Origin: Dimorphilus gyrociliatus
Lineage: Eukaryota; Animalia; Annelida
Reading direction: 5' to 3'
Length of the DNA stretch: 64,000 nucleotides
Assembly: GCA_904063045.1 (NCBI GenBank)
Contig: CAJFCJ010000005.1
Span: 1,069,988 to 1,133,987 of the forward strand
Position 1 is the stretch's first letter, and each line of letters begins with the position of its first letter. Position numbers and translations under genes: made by a program. Under the pieces are notes generated by a model. It was not told the origin of the DNA. It was given only the letters and a program-made list of their open reading frames with translations, and ran no database searches. Of this stretch, positions 26,475 through 39,580 are shown in pieces.

Positions 26475-27188
26475 TTACGTCAGATTTTTCTCCTCATTTT
26501 CTGTACTATCTTTATCGTTTGCCATATTTTTATGAATTGATCTTTCGTGCCTGTTTAATGCGAACTTCCTATTGAACGATTTGTCACATATGTTACATTG
26601 ATAGGGTTTTTCACCTGTATGGCATCTCAGATGTCTCCTTAAGGTCGCTGGATAAGAAAACGATTTAGAACATTCCGTGCACTGATAGGACTTTTTCGAT
26701 TCACGATGAGACCTCTTTTTCTCACCAGCTGCAGGATCTTTCGCCTTTTGACATTCTAGTGATTCGTCAAGTATAATACAATTCTCATTTCCAATTTTCT
26801 GGTCAGTTTCTTCCGTTTTCACGGGTACAGATACAATATCGCACTCCCTGTTAATAAGGCCCAGAATTTCCGATTCGTCCTTAGTGGTCGAGTACCTTAA
26901 AGGCCACACAGAACTCTCACCCTCATCTTCAACCGTTAAATCGAATAGAGCAACGCTGTTCGTATCATTTTCTGGTGATTTTTGTTGTTTACAAATGCAC
27001 GGTGTCTCAACGATGGGTTGTTTGTAATCTTTTTCCAACGTTTCATTTACATTCACTAATATAATTTCTGTCGACTGCAGTGTTATGGCTAATAGTCCTT
27101 CAATTTTAAAGGAATCATCTTCTAAGGTGTTTTTGCAAAGAGTCATTACTGTATCGCATATTAGCTTCTTTATATTCTTTCTATCCAT
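26475..27188 (-). CDS. Single-exon zinc-finger protein, 237 aa, with two C2H2 fingers and a distinct N-terminal domain
   Basis: ATG at 27188; [10 protein letters not shown]...[20 protein letters not shown]...HERSIH. Confidence 0.9.
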   Translation of the reverse strand: MDRKNIKKLICDTVMTLCKNTLEDDSFKIEGLLAITLQSTEIILVNVNETLEKDYKQPIVETPCICKQQKSPENDTNSVALFDLTVEDEGESSVWPLRYSTTKDESEILGLINRECDIVSVPVKTEETDQKIGNENCIILDESLECQKAKDPAAGEKKRSHRESKKSYQCTECSKSFSYPATLRRHLRCHTGEKPYQCNICDKSFNRKFALNRHERSIHKNMANDKDSTENEEKNLT

Positions 27189-27329
27189 TTTTCCCCAACT
27201 AGGCAAAAAATTTCGTTTCTAGAGGGATAACACGAAATGTTAAAAAATAAACTGGTTAGATAAGAGCAATCTTTTGCTTTTCTCATTAGAAACTTCGACT
27301 ACTGCAGATCTCAATATTTAAAATTTAAT

Positions 27330-28028
27330 ATGCTCCGGAAACTGCTCAGCCTCTATATGGACGCACTTCAAAAATATCCAATGAGCACCACATCTATTGG
27401 AGCAGGTTTGATAGGACGCATGACTTTTGAGGGCGATAATAAGATATTGTGTCTATTTTCAGGCGTATTAATGTTTGGAGGAGATGCCATATCCCAAATA
27501 GGTATTGAAGAAAAGTCAGAATACAATTTCAAGAGAGGTTTTCGGTTTTTAGCCTTTGGAACGATTTTGGCAGTGAGTTCTTCAATATACCATTCAAGAC
27601 TGTTATAATTTTCAACTTTTATCATTCAGGGGCCAATGTTGAGAACTTGGCACGTTTTTTTAGCAAGAACAATTGAAGCCCATTCAAAGAGATTAACTTT
27701 CCTAAAAATGACAGCAGCGGACCAAACAATAATGCCGCCAGTGTTTTTGAGTATTTTCATATCTGTCATGACTTATAGTAAAACCTTTTCAAGGGAGGCT
27801 GTACAAACTGCATTAAAGAATGACTTCAAACCAGTCTTGTTGAATAGCTATAAAATATGGCCAGCAGTTCAACTTATCAACTTTTATTTCGTACCGTTAC
27901 ATCACAGGTACGGCAAAAACCTATCTATTGTAGTTAAATCTGTTGATTCTTACTTTTTCAGAGTGCTATTTACAAACGTTATTGCACTTCTTTGGAATAC
28001 CTATTTAGCTTGGAAAACGGAAAGATAA
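27330..28028 (+). CDS. MPV17: Mpv17 mitochondrial inner-membrane protein, 176 aa; exons 27330-27405, 27463-27572, 27630-27907, 27962-28028
   Basis: Motifs GDAISQ, DQTIMPP, YKIWPAVQLINFYFVP and WNTYLAW; three GT-AG introns of 54-57 nt keep the frame. Confidence 0.93.
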
Positions 28029-28290
28029 ATTCATAAAGTGCCGACTGTTTATTCTTCAAAAAACCTATTCCAATACAAGTTTAAAATAAGAAAAAGGATG
28101 AATTTATAACTTTTGTATTTTATAGGCTACAAGGTTGATAATAGGCGGACACCTTTTTCCTGCGGAATTCCTTACGGTGCACTTTTGACCTAATCAGCCA
28201 CACAGATAACATTGTTATCAACATTTTAACACCAAGCAAATAAATCGACAAAGTAGTCACTGCGCACCGGTGAAACTCCGCCACCTCTCT

Positions 28291-29747
28291 TCACTTCTTC
28301 TTTCCGGTAGCCTTTTGGGCAGCTTTAGTCACCTTTCCGGCTTTTTCGGTCTTATCTACGGACTTGATGACGCCGACAGCAACAGTTTGCTTCATATCAC
28401 GGACAGCGAAACGTCCCAATGGAGGATAATCAGAAAATGACTCTACACACATCGGTTTTTGGGGTTTCAACTTAACCATGCAAGCGTCGCCAGACTTGAC
28501 GAATTTTGGAGCATCTTCCAATTTCTTTCCGCTTCTTCTGTCGATCTTTTCCAAAATTTCAACAAATTTGCAAGCGATGTGAGCTGTATGACAATCCAAA
28601 ACTGGAGCATATCCATTTTGGATTTGTCCAGGGTGGTTCAGGATGATAACCTTAAAAAATATAATTGTAAAAAATTGTAAATTTAAATATATTAATTATT
28701 TACTTGGGCTACAAAGGTGTCAGTTTCCTTTGGTGGATCGTTCTTGCTGTCACCAGCAACGTTTCCTCTACGGATTTCCTTAACAGATACGTTCTTAACA
28801 TTGAAACCAACATTGTCACCAGGGCTAGCTTCTGGCATTTGGGTGTGATGCATTTCGACCGACTTAACTTCAGTGGTGATTCCAGCTGGAGCGAAAGTAA
28901 CAACCATACCAGGTTTAATAATACCGGTTTCAACACGACCAACGGGAACTGTTCCGATACCTCCGATTTTGTAAACGTCTTGAAGGGGAAGACGAAGAGG
29001 TTTGTCAGAGGGACGGCTTGGTGGTACGATGGCATCCAAAGCATTCAAGAGGGTCTTTCCAGAGAAAGATTTCATTTCTTTCTTTTCATTCATAACTTCT
29101 TTCGACCATCCCTTGAACCATGGCATGTTTTTAGATTCTTCCAACATGTTGTCTCCGACCCAACCAGATATTGGTACGAAAGCAACAGTCTTGGGATTGT
29201 AACCGATCTTCTTGATGTAAGTGGAAACTTCCTTAGTGATTTCTTCGAAACGTTTTTCGGAGTATTTAGGTTCAGTGCTGTCCATCTTGTTTACACCGAC
29301 AATCAATTGTTTGACACCCAAAGTGTAGGCCAAGAGAGCGTGTTCTCTGGTCTGACCGTTCTTGGAGATACCAGCTTCGAATTCACCGGTACCAGCAGCG
29401 ACGATCAATACGGCGCAATCGGCTTGAGAGGTTCCGGTAATCATGTTCTTGATGAAATCACGATGTCCGGGAGCATCAATGATGGTAACTTCGAAGTTCT
29501 CAGTTTCGAATTTCCACAAGGCGATATCGATGGTGATACCACGTTCACGCTCGGCCTTCAGTTTATCCAAAACCCATGCGTACTTGAAGGAACCTTTTCC
29601 CATTTCCTGGGCTTCTTTTTCGAATTTTTCGATAACTCTCTTGTCGATACCACCGCATTTGTAGATCAAATGACCAGTGGTTGTAGATTTACCGGAATCT
29701 ACGTGACCGATAACGACAATGTTAATATGCTTCCTTTCTTTTCCCAT
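28291..29747 (-). CDS. EEF1A: Translation elongation factor 1-alpha, 467 aa; coding exons 29747-28704 and 28650-28291
   Basis: [22 protein letters not shown] and STDKPLRLP-type motifs; 53-nt phase-0 intron 28651-28703. Confidence 0.99.
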
Positions 29748-30278
29748 TTTTTTTCGTTGAAAACCACTTAGGAACTGTATGGATATTCAAATTATAGTTA
29801 TAATAAAAGAACCACGTGCTTTTTAAAATTTCTTATAAAATATCCAACATTTTAGAAACAGTAAGAAAATATTTAAGTAATTGGATTATAATATCCTAAA
29901 AGCGCAGTAACGTTGCACAACAACGTGTAAAGTTCATCTCAACACGTGGATACAATATGGCGGCCACAACGTCTAAAAAAAATTTCTTCAAATATTCCAA
30001 AAAATCTGTACTGCCTAGAAATTATTAATTAGATTATATTCTTCAAATTGTCTTATTTGGCTTTAATCTTAACCTCGTTGTTAACAAACGGCGGAGTCAC
30101 TTTCGTCATGTCATGAGTGACGGAAAAAACTTTCTCAAATTCAATTAATTTACAAATTGTTAAATAAAAATAAAATCAGATATCAATAGATTAAATTTTA
30201 CTTCATATATTACTTGAACATTAAGTCTAAAAAATGTTGGATTTAAAAGATAAAACTAGATATTAAAGAAATACATAC

Positions 30279-30370
30279 CTCTGTGCCACGAGTCTAAAGT
30301 AAAGGAAAGAATGACATGACCGGCGCGCTTTTATACTACATGGAGAGGGGGGCTATATGACGTCATTGGT
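30279..30370 (-). promoter_or_regulatory. EF1A core promoter and non-coding exon 1: CCAAT, CRE, TATA and a 5'-TOP tract; intron 1 is 29775-30278
   Basis: On the minus strand: CCAAT about 30369-30365, TGACGTCA 30358-30365, TATAAAA 30335-30329, pyrimidine start CTTTCCTTT at about 30309, donor GTATGT at 30278. Intron 1 holds CACGTG E-boxes (29813, 29943) and a YY1-like AATATGGCGGC (29954). Confidence 0.75.
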
Positions 30371-30675
30371 TATACCCCACTCATGGGAAATTTTTTTCAT
30401 AAAAAAAATAATGAAAATAAAAATTATTTTTGATTTAAATCACTGCTATAAATTAAAATAAACTTAACAAAATTAAAAACAAAATTTATTTGTTGACTAT
30501 GTTGTTTGCAAAACATCCCCCCTTAATGGCTAATCTTAATTAAGAATTTTGTAGGGAGTATGTTTAATCTATCAACTTACCGGATATCAGTATATCTGTA
30601 AAGGTTACACAAGAGTTACCGGTTAGTTTTCAAGCAGACGATATTTCCCTTGCTGTCGCAATTATTAATTGCAAT

Positions 30676-31201
30676 ATGCCGAATAACTTAAGATCGCTAA
30701 TGACATCAACAAATCAATTAGGGAATTTTTTGAAACAGGTTGCGTTCTATCATATGCTTCCCTTTTTAACGAAATTACTTACGACAGTGCTGTAATAGAG
30801 GCCCTTTGACCTTAACGAACTTCACTCAAATGCGTTTTCGTTACGTTGACTGGTTGATGTTGAGAGATGTAAAACGGCGAAAATTAACAGCTGAATATGC
30901 CCAAGAAAGGATGAGATACAAAGCGCTTATAAATAATAACATACTTCCTGAAGATTTAAGAGTTAGTAGTCGTTATAGTTTCGAAAGACTTAAAATGAAT
31001 AACCGCCGTCTATTTTAGGAAAGTGCAGATATGGATATGCGAAAATTACCCAGAGACTCTTTAAGGTGGCGAATTGTAGATAGATGTGTCATAACTTCAA
31101 GAGCTCGAGGGAATGTTCCAAGGTGGAGAATGAGCAGATTTATCTTTAGGCATAATGCAGACTATAATAAACTATCAGGTGTAACAAAGGCTAAATGGTG
31201 A
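30676..31201 (+). CDS. MRPS14: Mitochondrial ribosomal protein S14; exons 30676-30738, 30788-30961, 31019-31201
   Basis: DWLMLRDVKRR, LPRDS, RCVITSRARG, WRMSRFIFRHNADYNKLSGV. The first exon is the less certain part. Confidence 0.92.
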
Positions 31202-32035
31202 AAAGTGATAAACGATTTGTTATTGATAATAATAAACATGTTTAATTCGATTTATCTAGCGAGTAATCAATTATTTCCGCAGATTATAACGTCGCACCAT
31301 AGCTGCCATAATAAATGTCCATCGACTTTTTCATGTTAAATTCATACTACATGATGTGTATACAATTAACAGTGTCATGTAATGATTATATGTACATTTG
31401 TCCTAAAGGTGCTCCATAGATAATAGCCAGTGTATGTTTATATCTATGGCCGTTCGACAAAAAACACTGTTATTCATTATATAAAGATTATTAACGTTTC
31501 TCGAAATTATTTACTTTTATATGAATAATCTTCCGACCTTATATATCTGTCCAATGAAAAATTGCTTTATAATTTCTGTAGAGCCTACTTTCAATGCCCT
31601 AACTAGCTGGCTAGTAGTGTAAAAAGTAACTTATTTTTATAATGCGCTTATGTCCTTTAACAAATAAAATAATTGATTTCTCAAGGAATATATTCCTCAA
31701 ATATAATGTATATATTTATATGTACAGTATCATATTTTTGAAGAATAAACCGCATATTTGCTTAAATGGATAATTTATTTATGAATGCTAAATGAAATGG
31801 GATTATTCTAGAACCTTTTTATACACCAACCTAAAACTACTCATCTATTTATGGAAAACCATGGGCGATAAATGTCAGTATTCGTTTTAAAAATTACTAC
31901 TGATCTATCTTCAAGATGAAAGGTGTTTATGAAGCAAAAAATTTCAAAAATCAACGTTTTATTACCTAATAGAATACAACTGATTCTACAAGTTTGTAAA
32001 TAAGGTTCAATACAAAGAAGATGTTTGTACATGCA

Positions 32036-33519
32036 TTATTTGAAAGAGAATTCTACCGCTAAGCTTAGATGATCGGATGGATAATGATAGCCAGGTAATC
32101 TCTCTGAGCCAATCTCCTTTTCTTCGGGTAGTTTCTTAATGGAAGTTATATTAATATAGTTTGAACTGTAGAATATATAATCAACTGTTTTTCGTATATC
32201 AGTTTCGCCTCCTCTACCCCCACGTATTTTCCAAGTTGTAAATTCAGGTTCCGAGTTTAAAATAGACTTGTATGATGACATAAAATTCATTTTTGACGTA
32301 ATAACTTTGTAAACATTTTCGTTGGGATCTCCATTGAAATCTCCGCAAATCAATAGAGGTAGCTGGCTATATTTTGAATGAAAGTGGTTTATTAGAAACA
32401 CACCTTGCTCTTCTCTTAGCACCTCCCAACCTAATAAAAATTTGATATTTGAACATTTTTACTCTAAAATACAATAAATACAACCAACCTTTCCTAGCTT
32501 TTAAGTGAGTATTAGCAACGCAAAAGAGATTGTCACCCCTCTTGAAGGTAGCAACTAAACAAACTTGATTTGTAAAATGTCCAGATAGCGATTTTAGAAT
32601 AAGTCTTTCGCAATCAATTGATTCTAATTCGTTTCGTTTGTAAAAGATGGCACATCCATCTGGTCCATAAGTGTTCTTACAATAGAGAGCAGGACTGTCG
32701 GGTTTTGGTAGAAATGTTGCATTATATCCGATCCTACCTTTTTAGGGGAAAGAAAGAAAAAGAAAGTACGTTATTTTAAGTAGCAACAAAAGGGTATAAT
32801 TACGCAGTTAATAGTTTAAATGGGTTAATACGAAATTGCTTGATTTCGATAGATACATATCTTGAAAAATGATCGTTCATTCAAGTAAATATTTATTCTA
32901 TTTTCATCTATTAAACAAATATATAATTGGTACCTTAGCTCATTATGTTTATTACTTACACAGAACACTATGTAAAATACCAAATAGGTCGACTTCTTGT
33001 AGGCAAATGATATCTGCGTCAACATTAGCTATCTCTTCCAAGATTCGTAAAACCCGAAAAGGTAACTCTAGGGCAGATGAAGGACATCGACAAAAACTAT
33101 CTTTGCCTGTGCTCAGTGCTGTTAAAAAAAACCCATGTAATCCTTTATATTGCTGTTAATATCAATAGGTATGTTTGCTAACCTTGCGATAACATATTCC
33201 ATTGCATTATTTTGATGCTTTTTGAGGTATTTAAATGGGATTTTGTCTGATATTGACATTTTAATAGCGGTTGCTTAATATCACGAAATTCTTGTTTAAG
33301 TGCTAATTTGAGCGTTGCTAGGTCAACGATCTTTTCTGTGTCCTCAAAGCAAGACTTTACATCTAAGTAACATGATTCGACCGATGAAGGGAAGTCTATT
33401 TGTAGAATATCTCCTATTTGGACGTCTTTGAACCATCCTTTAGTATCCGACCTGCGGACCTTTGTTAGGTCAATATCCTGGTCGTTTAAATTTCCAAAAG
33501 ATGAAGCTCCATAATTCAT
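32036..33519 (-). CDS. NOCT: Nocturnin (EEP-fold NADP(H) phosphatase); exons 33519-33183, 33118-32960, 32737-32489, 32430-32036; the true N-terminus may extend upstream
   Basis: MQWNMLSQ, CLQEVD, PKPDSP...GPDGCAIFY, THLKAR, CGDFN, TTWKIR, DYIFY, PSDHLSL. Confidence 0.92.
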
Positions 33520-34035
33520 AGTTGCCAAGACTAGTTTAAAAAAATAATACGGCAAAGCTGACAAGAATATATTTCACTATCGATTCGATCAGAAGATGAA
33601 TTGATTGTTGTTCTTTATCGGTCAATGTCCTCCCATAGATGTCTCTGCTAACGAAGAGCTATCTGAACGATAGATGTCACTACTTGTATTTAGTATTTAA
33701 TATGAATATACTTTTTAAAAAATTACAAGAAATAAATCTACTTATAAAGCCCTTCTAAGAGCTGCGCTAGTAAGCCGATTAACAACCTGTTTTAATTCCC
33801 AAAACAATGCACTGTATATAAGATACAGGATTTACGGAGAATAAATATAGTTTTAAATATTAAGAATCTCTTAACAAATTTTTAAACAAATGGTTTATTG
33901 TTCACATAAATTATTTTTTAAATGTGTGAGCTAACTAAATTAATGATGCGGATGTAGACTATAATTCTGCTAAGTCTAATTTTAGTCTTTCAGATATATC
34001 ACAAAAAAAGAGAAATCTGTTCTTTTCCATAATTT

Positions 34036-37000
34036 TTAATCCATTTTTATATTGACGTAAATATATCGTATAAATCGTAGACTTGCGAAAAAAGCTACTG
34101 TCCCAAGCATTAAGAAAAAAGCGTAACATCCGAGAATTGTGTACCCAAAAAATTCAACAGTTTGTAACATTCCAGACATGTTCGATCGCTTAAAGTAATA
34201 AAATAATGAGTATAAGAAAACGAAACCTCCCGTCGATCTGTGGGACAAGTATTATTAAGTAAATCTTACTATTTCATTATTTCTAAATTGGATTAAAACA
34301 ATTAAAAGTTAAACTTACCCTGCACTGAAGACGCTTCTCCACCACCATCTATAATCTTCCGTGCTTAATTGGAAATAAGTAAGTGCAATAGATATACAAG
34401 CAGTTACGGATAATAGTATGGCGTAAACGACAAATAGAATTCCGTAGAGAGTGTACTGCTGCTCTCTACCCCATAACGTAGAAAATATATAATACAATTC
34501 AACCGATATGGCGCTAAAAGGTAGGAATCCTCCAATAACACAATGAGCCAAACAACTCCTATACCAGGGCACACTTGGTATTTCTCTAGCTATATTTTTT
34601 GTTCGGCAAGGAGCGTCAAAACTTCCCGCCCAATTTTTACCAAATATTCCACCAATTATTGTTAATGGATAGCCTAAAAATATCCATACACTCAACAATA
34701 ATAAGACAGTTTGCCATGGAAGTGCTTGGGTTGATCCGTATGCCCAAGCTACCGAGTTGGTAAAACTCCATACAATGAAAAATGGTAAGGCGAAGAGGGC
34801 TGAGGTTAAGTTGATATTCCAAACCCAGTTTTGCCCTCCCATTTTCCTATACATGTTGGCCGCTACATATCCACTTATACAAGATGTAAATGCGTAAAGG
34901 AATATGGAAGCGGCATTGATAGATCCATGCCGATGAACGTTAAACATTCCTAAGACTGCCATAATAAGTATTCCCGTAGCGACTGATATGAATTGACTGC
35001 CAACACCTGAAAATGATATAAATAATACATACACGCTTTATAGCATTAATAAAGCACTCGTACCGAGAATAGCGCAAAATAAGGTTTTGAATTTGGGAAA
35101 TCTGAACACATCTGAGTGAATAATTTTCCATCCGTTATCATCTTCAGGTATGTCGTCTTCTTCTTCATCGCCGTTATATCTCGCAAAATCATTCTTAAGC
35201 ACTCTGGTCTGAAAGAGAAGTAAAATTTACAGTTAACAAAAGAAAAAAAAAAATTTAGTATTATTGCACATATCACTTTGGAATGGACATTCAAAATATC
35301 TTTTATTAGTTTAATGTGTTTAACTTGGATTTTCACAGTAAAATATATGTATTTACTTTTGTAAAATTATTTTTAAAAGCCGTCTTAAGGGAGTATTTCT
35401 CGTCTTAGAGTTTCCTTTTTTTAATAGATTAGTCTTATTCTGAGCGCTTAATATAATATGGCACGTATAATTTTATTTTGCTATCTACACTCGTAAAGAA
35501 GTAAACGTATACGAATCATAAAAAAAAGGAAGAATAATTAATATTCCTATCTTTTTTTAATTTGTACCCATTTTATAGATTACTACAAGGGGGAAAATTA
35601 TTTGCTTACCAGAATGATAATCACGAAACCGATAAGGAGGAAAACGAGTACCATGGAATTAATAATCGATAGCCAGTGAATTTCAAGAGTTTTGGGAAAG
35701 AAGTTATTGTTATTCGTTCTTTTAGATCTTTCTGAATGTAGCATTCTATAGGGGAAGATGAAAACAAACACCAATTAGTAACATCTAACCAATTTGATAT
35801 AACAAGAAATGTCTTACTTGCTGGGATGCCATTTAACGCTATAAGTAAACGTCACTTTAAGAGGCGCTTGTTTATCATCCAAATTGGTTGGTTGTCGTTC
35901 TTTAGTCGATACATTTGCGTATATAATCTAAAGAAAGCGAAAAAAATTATTAATAAAATGACAGTTCAAAGAAGAAGCTACCAAACAATAAAGAATAGGC
36001 AACAATAGAGCTAGAGATGCGATCAGAAATTTTTCCTATATCAAAGTAATAAGATGGACAATGGTAGAAAGAAAACCAATGACGCAACAAACTGATTAAC
36101 TAATGGCTTCTATACACTTCATCTATAATCTTTCATCTCTTTTTCTATATCGATAACAATCGCAATTCGCCGCATAGGTTAATTCGGAATAAGAGTTTGC
36201 TGGAGATTATACCCGAGTCTCATTAAACATATACGTACATATTCTACTTTATAGAAGAAAAGTTAAAGCTTCTTTCTACATTAAAGCAATAATGAATTAT
36301 TCTTCGTAAAATATACAATGCTATAGAGAATCTAAGGAATCTCCAGGATCTTTTTCTATATTTACAAATTTAGCCTTATATATAAATATGGCCAGTCGCA
36401 TATTATAGTATATTCAATGTCATAGTTAAGATTGAACTTGTGCTATTTTTGACAGTAGTAACAAGAAATCAAATAGTCTCGCCTTATAAGATTTCTGTGC
36501 TACTACGCTTTATATATTGAGAGAAATAGTAGAAAAAGTAAAAAATGCGGAGGAAGGATAGAAGATAAAAATACAATTACAGATTTATATACGCCTCCTA
36601 AGCCTATTAATTTTTGTTTTCTAATCAGTTGGATTTGCCAAGTCAGGGATAAGAGCTTGCAGTCGGATTTTAACCGACTCGCATTAACGATGTACGCGTA
36701 CACGCACCTTTATTACAGACTGGCAAAGTAGAAAGTAAAGCTTCTTTCGACATTAAAGTAATAATGAATCAGCTTTTGATATAAAGTCACCCTAGGCCAG
36801 TCAATCTATTGTCACAAAGTACTTTAAGCGTAATTTGTTGAACAAAAAGCGGTGACGGGCATATTAGCTGCCGAAGGCGACGTCTTACGTTCGTTAGCCG
36901 TCACCTCTTTAGATGCCCTTTTCCACGCCTAACAAACCTGATCTCCGTTGTATTCGACATTAAATCGTAGATGCGTCCACAAATGAATCTTGTGTTTGTG

Positions 37001-38894
37001 CGGTAAAAATCCCCCTTCTTCTAAATGGCCAACAAATCCCCGGATAGGGAGTTCGTCTACAACGAATTCAAAAAAGTAGAGATCTTCTATAGCGCTCCTT
37101 AGGGTGTTCAAATCTTTTTCGGACAGCTCGACCGTGCATAATTCTTTATCATTTTCGTCCTCTGTAGTAAAAACAACATATTTTAATACCGGATTCATTT
37201 AAATTAATTCGAAACGGAAAGGCTAAACAAAACATTAAGAATATTTATGAAAAAAATTACTCCTACCGAAAGATATTCATACGTGGAGTATAAGCAATTA
37301 CAAAATGGAAAACGATTTATTGAAAAAAAAATTTCTTCTTTCATGCTTTCTTCATAGTACTTATTAAGGCAACGGGAGGTATCTTAATATTAATCAATTT
37401 GTTTAGTTACATTTCACTTCTTTTATAATTAAATGGAATAGAAATATAGTATAGGTCAAACAATTAATTAGGTACATTGAAACAGTCCGGCGAATTTATC
37501 CATCGCAAATTCAATAATCTATTATTCATCCCATTATAAAAGAAAGAAGACACGCCTAAATCTCGTGTTCATCCTAAGTCTATAGGCTTGCAGCAGGTGT
37601 TTAAATATAAATAATAAAGTTACTTTCAAGAAAAAAAAGACTTGTGCAGATGATAAAAATACAACAAAATTGTTGATTCTAAATCATATAATTAACTTTA
37701 AAAGAAAGGGTGTAATCTTACTTTTAAATCGTAGATCATAGTTTGAAACTGCCATTCGATCGCCGTCCAGAACTTCGCCCAATGTCAAACTTTTATGTTC
37801 GATCTGAAAGAGAAAAAATTAAGCGAAAGTTCGTCGAGATGAAAGGCTAAGTGGCTCAGTAGTCGAAATTGGCTAAATCGCTACTTTTCTCAATCAGCTA
37901 GAACAAGCCGAAAAAGGCGCATCAAAAATCAAAGGCTAATCTGCCTCTCTTCCATCTCAATCGTGTGTTTCGGCCATCAAAAGGATCAGGCTCAGCGAGT
38001 TTCATTTTTATCACGATCTAGTAATTAAATTAATGCCCAATTTCTTCATCTATTTTCACTCCAAAATGATTCTAAAGTATCAAGAATCATCAATATATAC
38101 AAATTAGCAAGGTGAGTTTTTCCTGCACTCTATAAATTACATTATTGGAGATTGATAAATATTCGTTTTGAATAAAAAAATTATTTCAATAATAATTACA
38201 ATAAATTTTTTGAAAATATTACTTTCTGAATTTATCAGTTATTAGAACACTTCATTTATCTTAGTTTATTCCCTAAAACGAACCATAAAAATTATTCATT
38301 TATATCGATAAAATTCTTTGAAATCTATCTAGGAAATAAATGATGGAAATAGAAATATATTCGATGCCTCGTCAATTAAAGTCATTCATCTGTGAATAAT
38401 TTAATGATCAACAGAATAAACCCCGAGCTCTATTTTTTTTATATAAAATAGTACATCAGTAAAAGTCTTGCTTAGTCTAAAACTCTTTAAAACCCAGAAG
38501 CAGTTTAGATAATATTGTAATAAAAATGTCAACCTTTTGTGGACGGCAAACAGGGAGCTGATAGTAGTGGTACGTTTCATGAGGGTTAAAGTAAGGTCCA
38601 ACTTTGTTAACATAAACCGTAACCTGTAAATTTTTAAAACAATAAGCTTCTAAATTGTTGAAATTAAGTAGTAAAGTTTTTGTTATCATTGTAATGACAA
38701 AATATCGATGGCCTGTGAATTTAGACCCGATTGAACTATCAAAAATAGCTTTTAAAGTCGTTAATTTTCAGATTTTAAGCATTGTTAGCCCTGATCGGTT
38801 TAAGAAACCTATTAACCTTTTCATCATCCTTATATTTTGCACTGGAAACTAGTGAAAAGCATGCCAACACGACAAATCCAAACGATACCGCCAT
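34036..38894 (-). CDS. TM9SF1: Transmembrane 9 superfamily member 1; exons 38894-38817, 38623-38534, 37803-37722, 37161-36938, 35927-35818, 35745-35610, 35208-35064, 35006-34319, 34237-34036
   Basis: [72 protein letters not shown]; all phases compatible. Confidence 0.96.
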
Positions 38895-39580
38895 TTTGGA
38901 AATACTGACGATTCGCACTCCTCAGCTATTTCCGGTAAACAGACGAAAAACTGGTAGAAAAAACCTATCTACACCACTGTGTCTTTACGCGAAGATTTAT
39001 TAATTTTGTTGAAATTTGACTATTTTATTGGATACGATATAATTATAACCTGCTAACTAAATACTAGATGCTATAAATATTTTAAATCGCGAAGCATTAA
39101 AAATACTGAGTTATCCCGGAAAAATATTCGACTGTTTTGGTTCTCAGCGTGTAATCGTTCATCTAGACTTTAATTTGAGGCTGTAGAGAGTGAGTTTGTC
39201 TTGAATATTAATTACTAAAATATCTTTAACATATTTTCGTAATAGATGAGCGATGAAATTGAAAAAGAATCACCGGTAAGCAGTTAATTTCTTTGGGCCT
39301 AAAATAATTAATAAAGATGAAGCAAAGTAGTAATTTTGCGTTTGAACTTAACAGCACCGTACGACAAACAATTTAATCATATAGAAAAAAAAATAATAAT
39401 ATATCAAGGCTTGCTATAAGTGCCTCATTTATTATTCCTATTCTAATTTACATTCGTCTTCATTTTACAAGTCACATGTTAATTTGTAGATAGGTGTATC
39501 TCTGTTGAATGTTTTCTGAAAAGTCCGTGCATTTCAAACGCTATTATAATTTAATGCCTAATATCTGTTATATATGCTAA

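Noticed and set aside
27908-27961. Stop-free, in-frame 54-nt MPV17 intron that could be retained
   Set aside because: Splicing gives the expected 176-aa protein, and short in-frame introns are expected by chance among many ~55-nt introns.
28704-29771. 355-aa antisense ORF over EF1A exon 1
   Set aside because: It is in exact codon register with EF1A and stays open because the highly biased EF1A exon avoids TTA, CTA and TCA; it closes where the exon ends and has no recognisable motifs.
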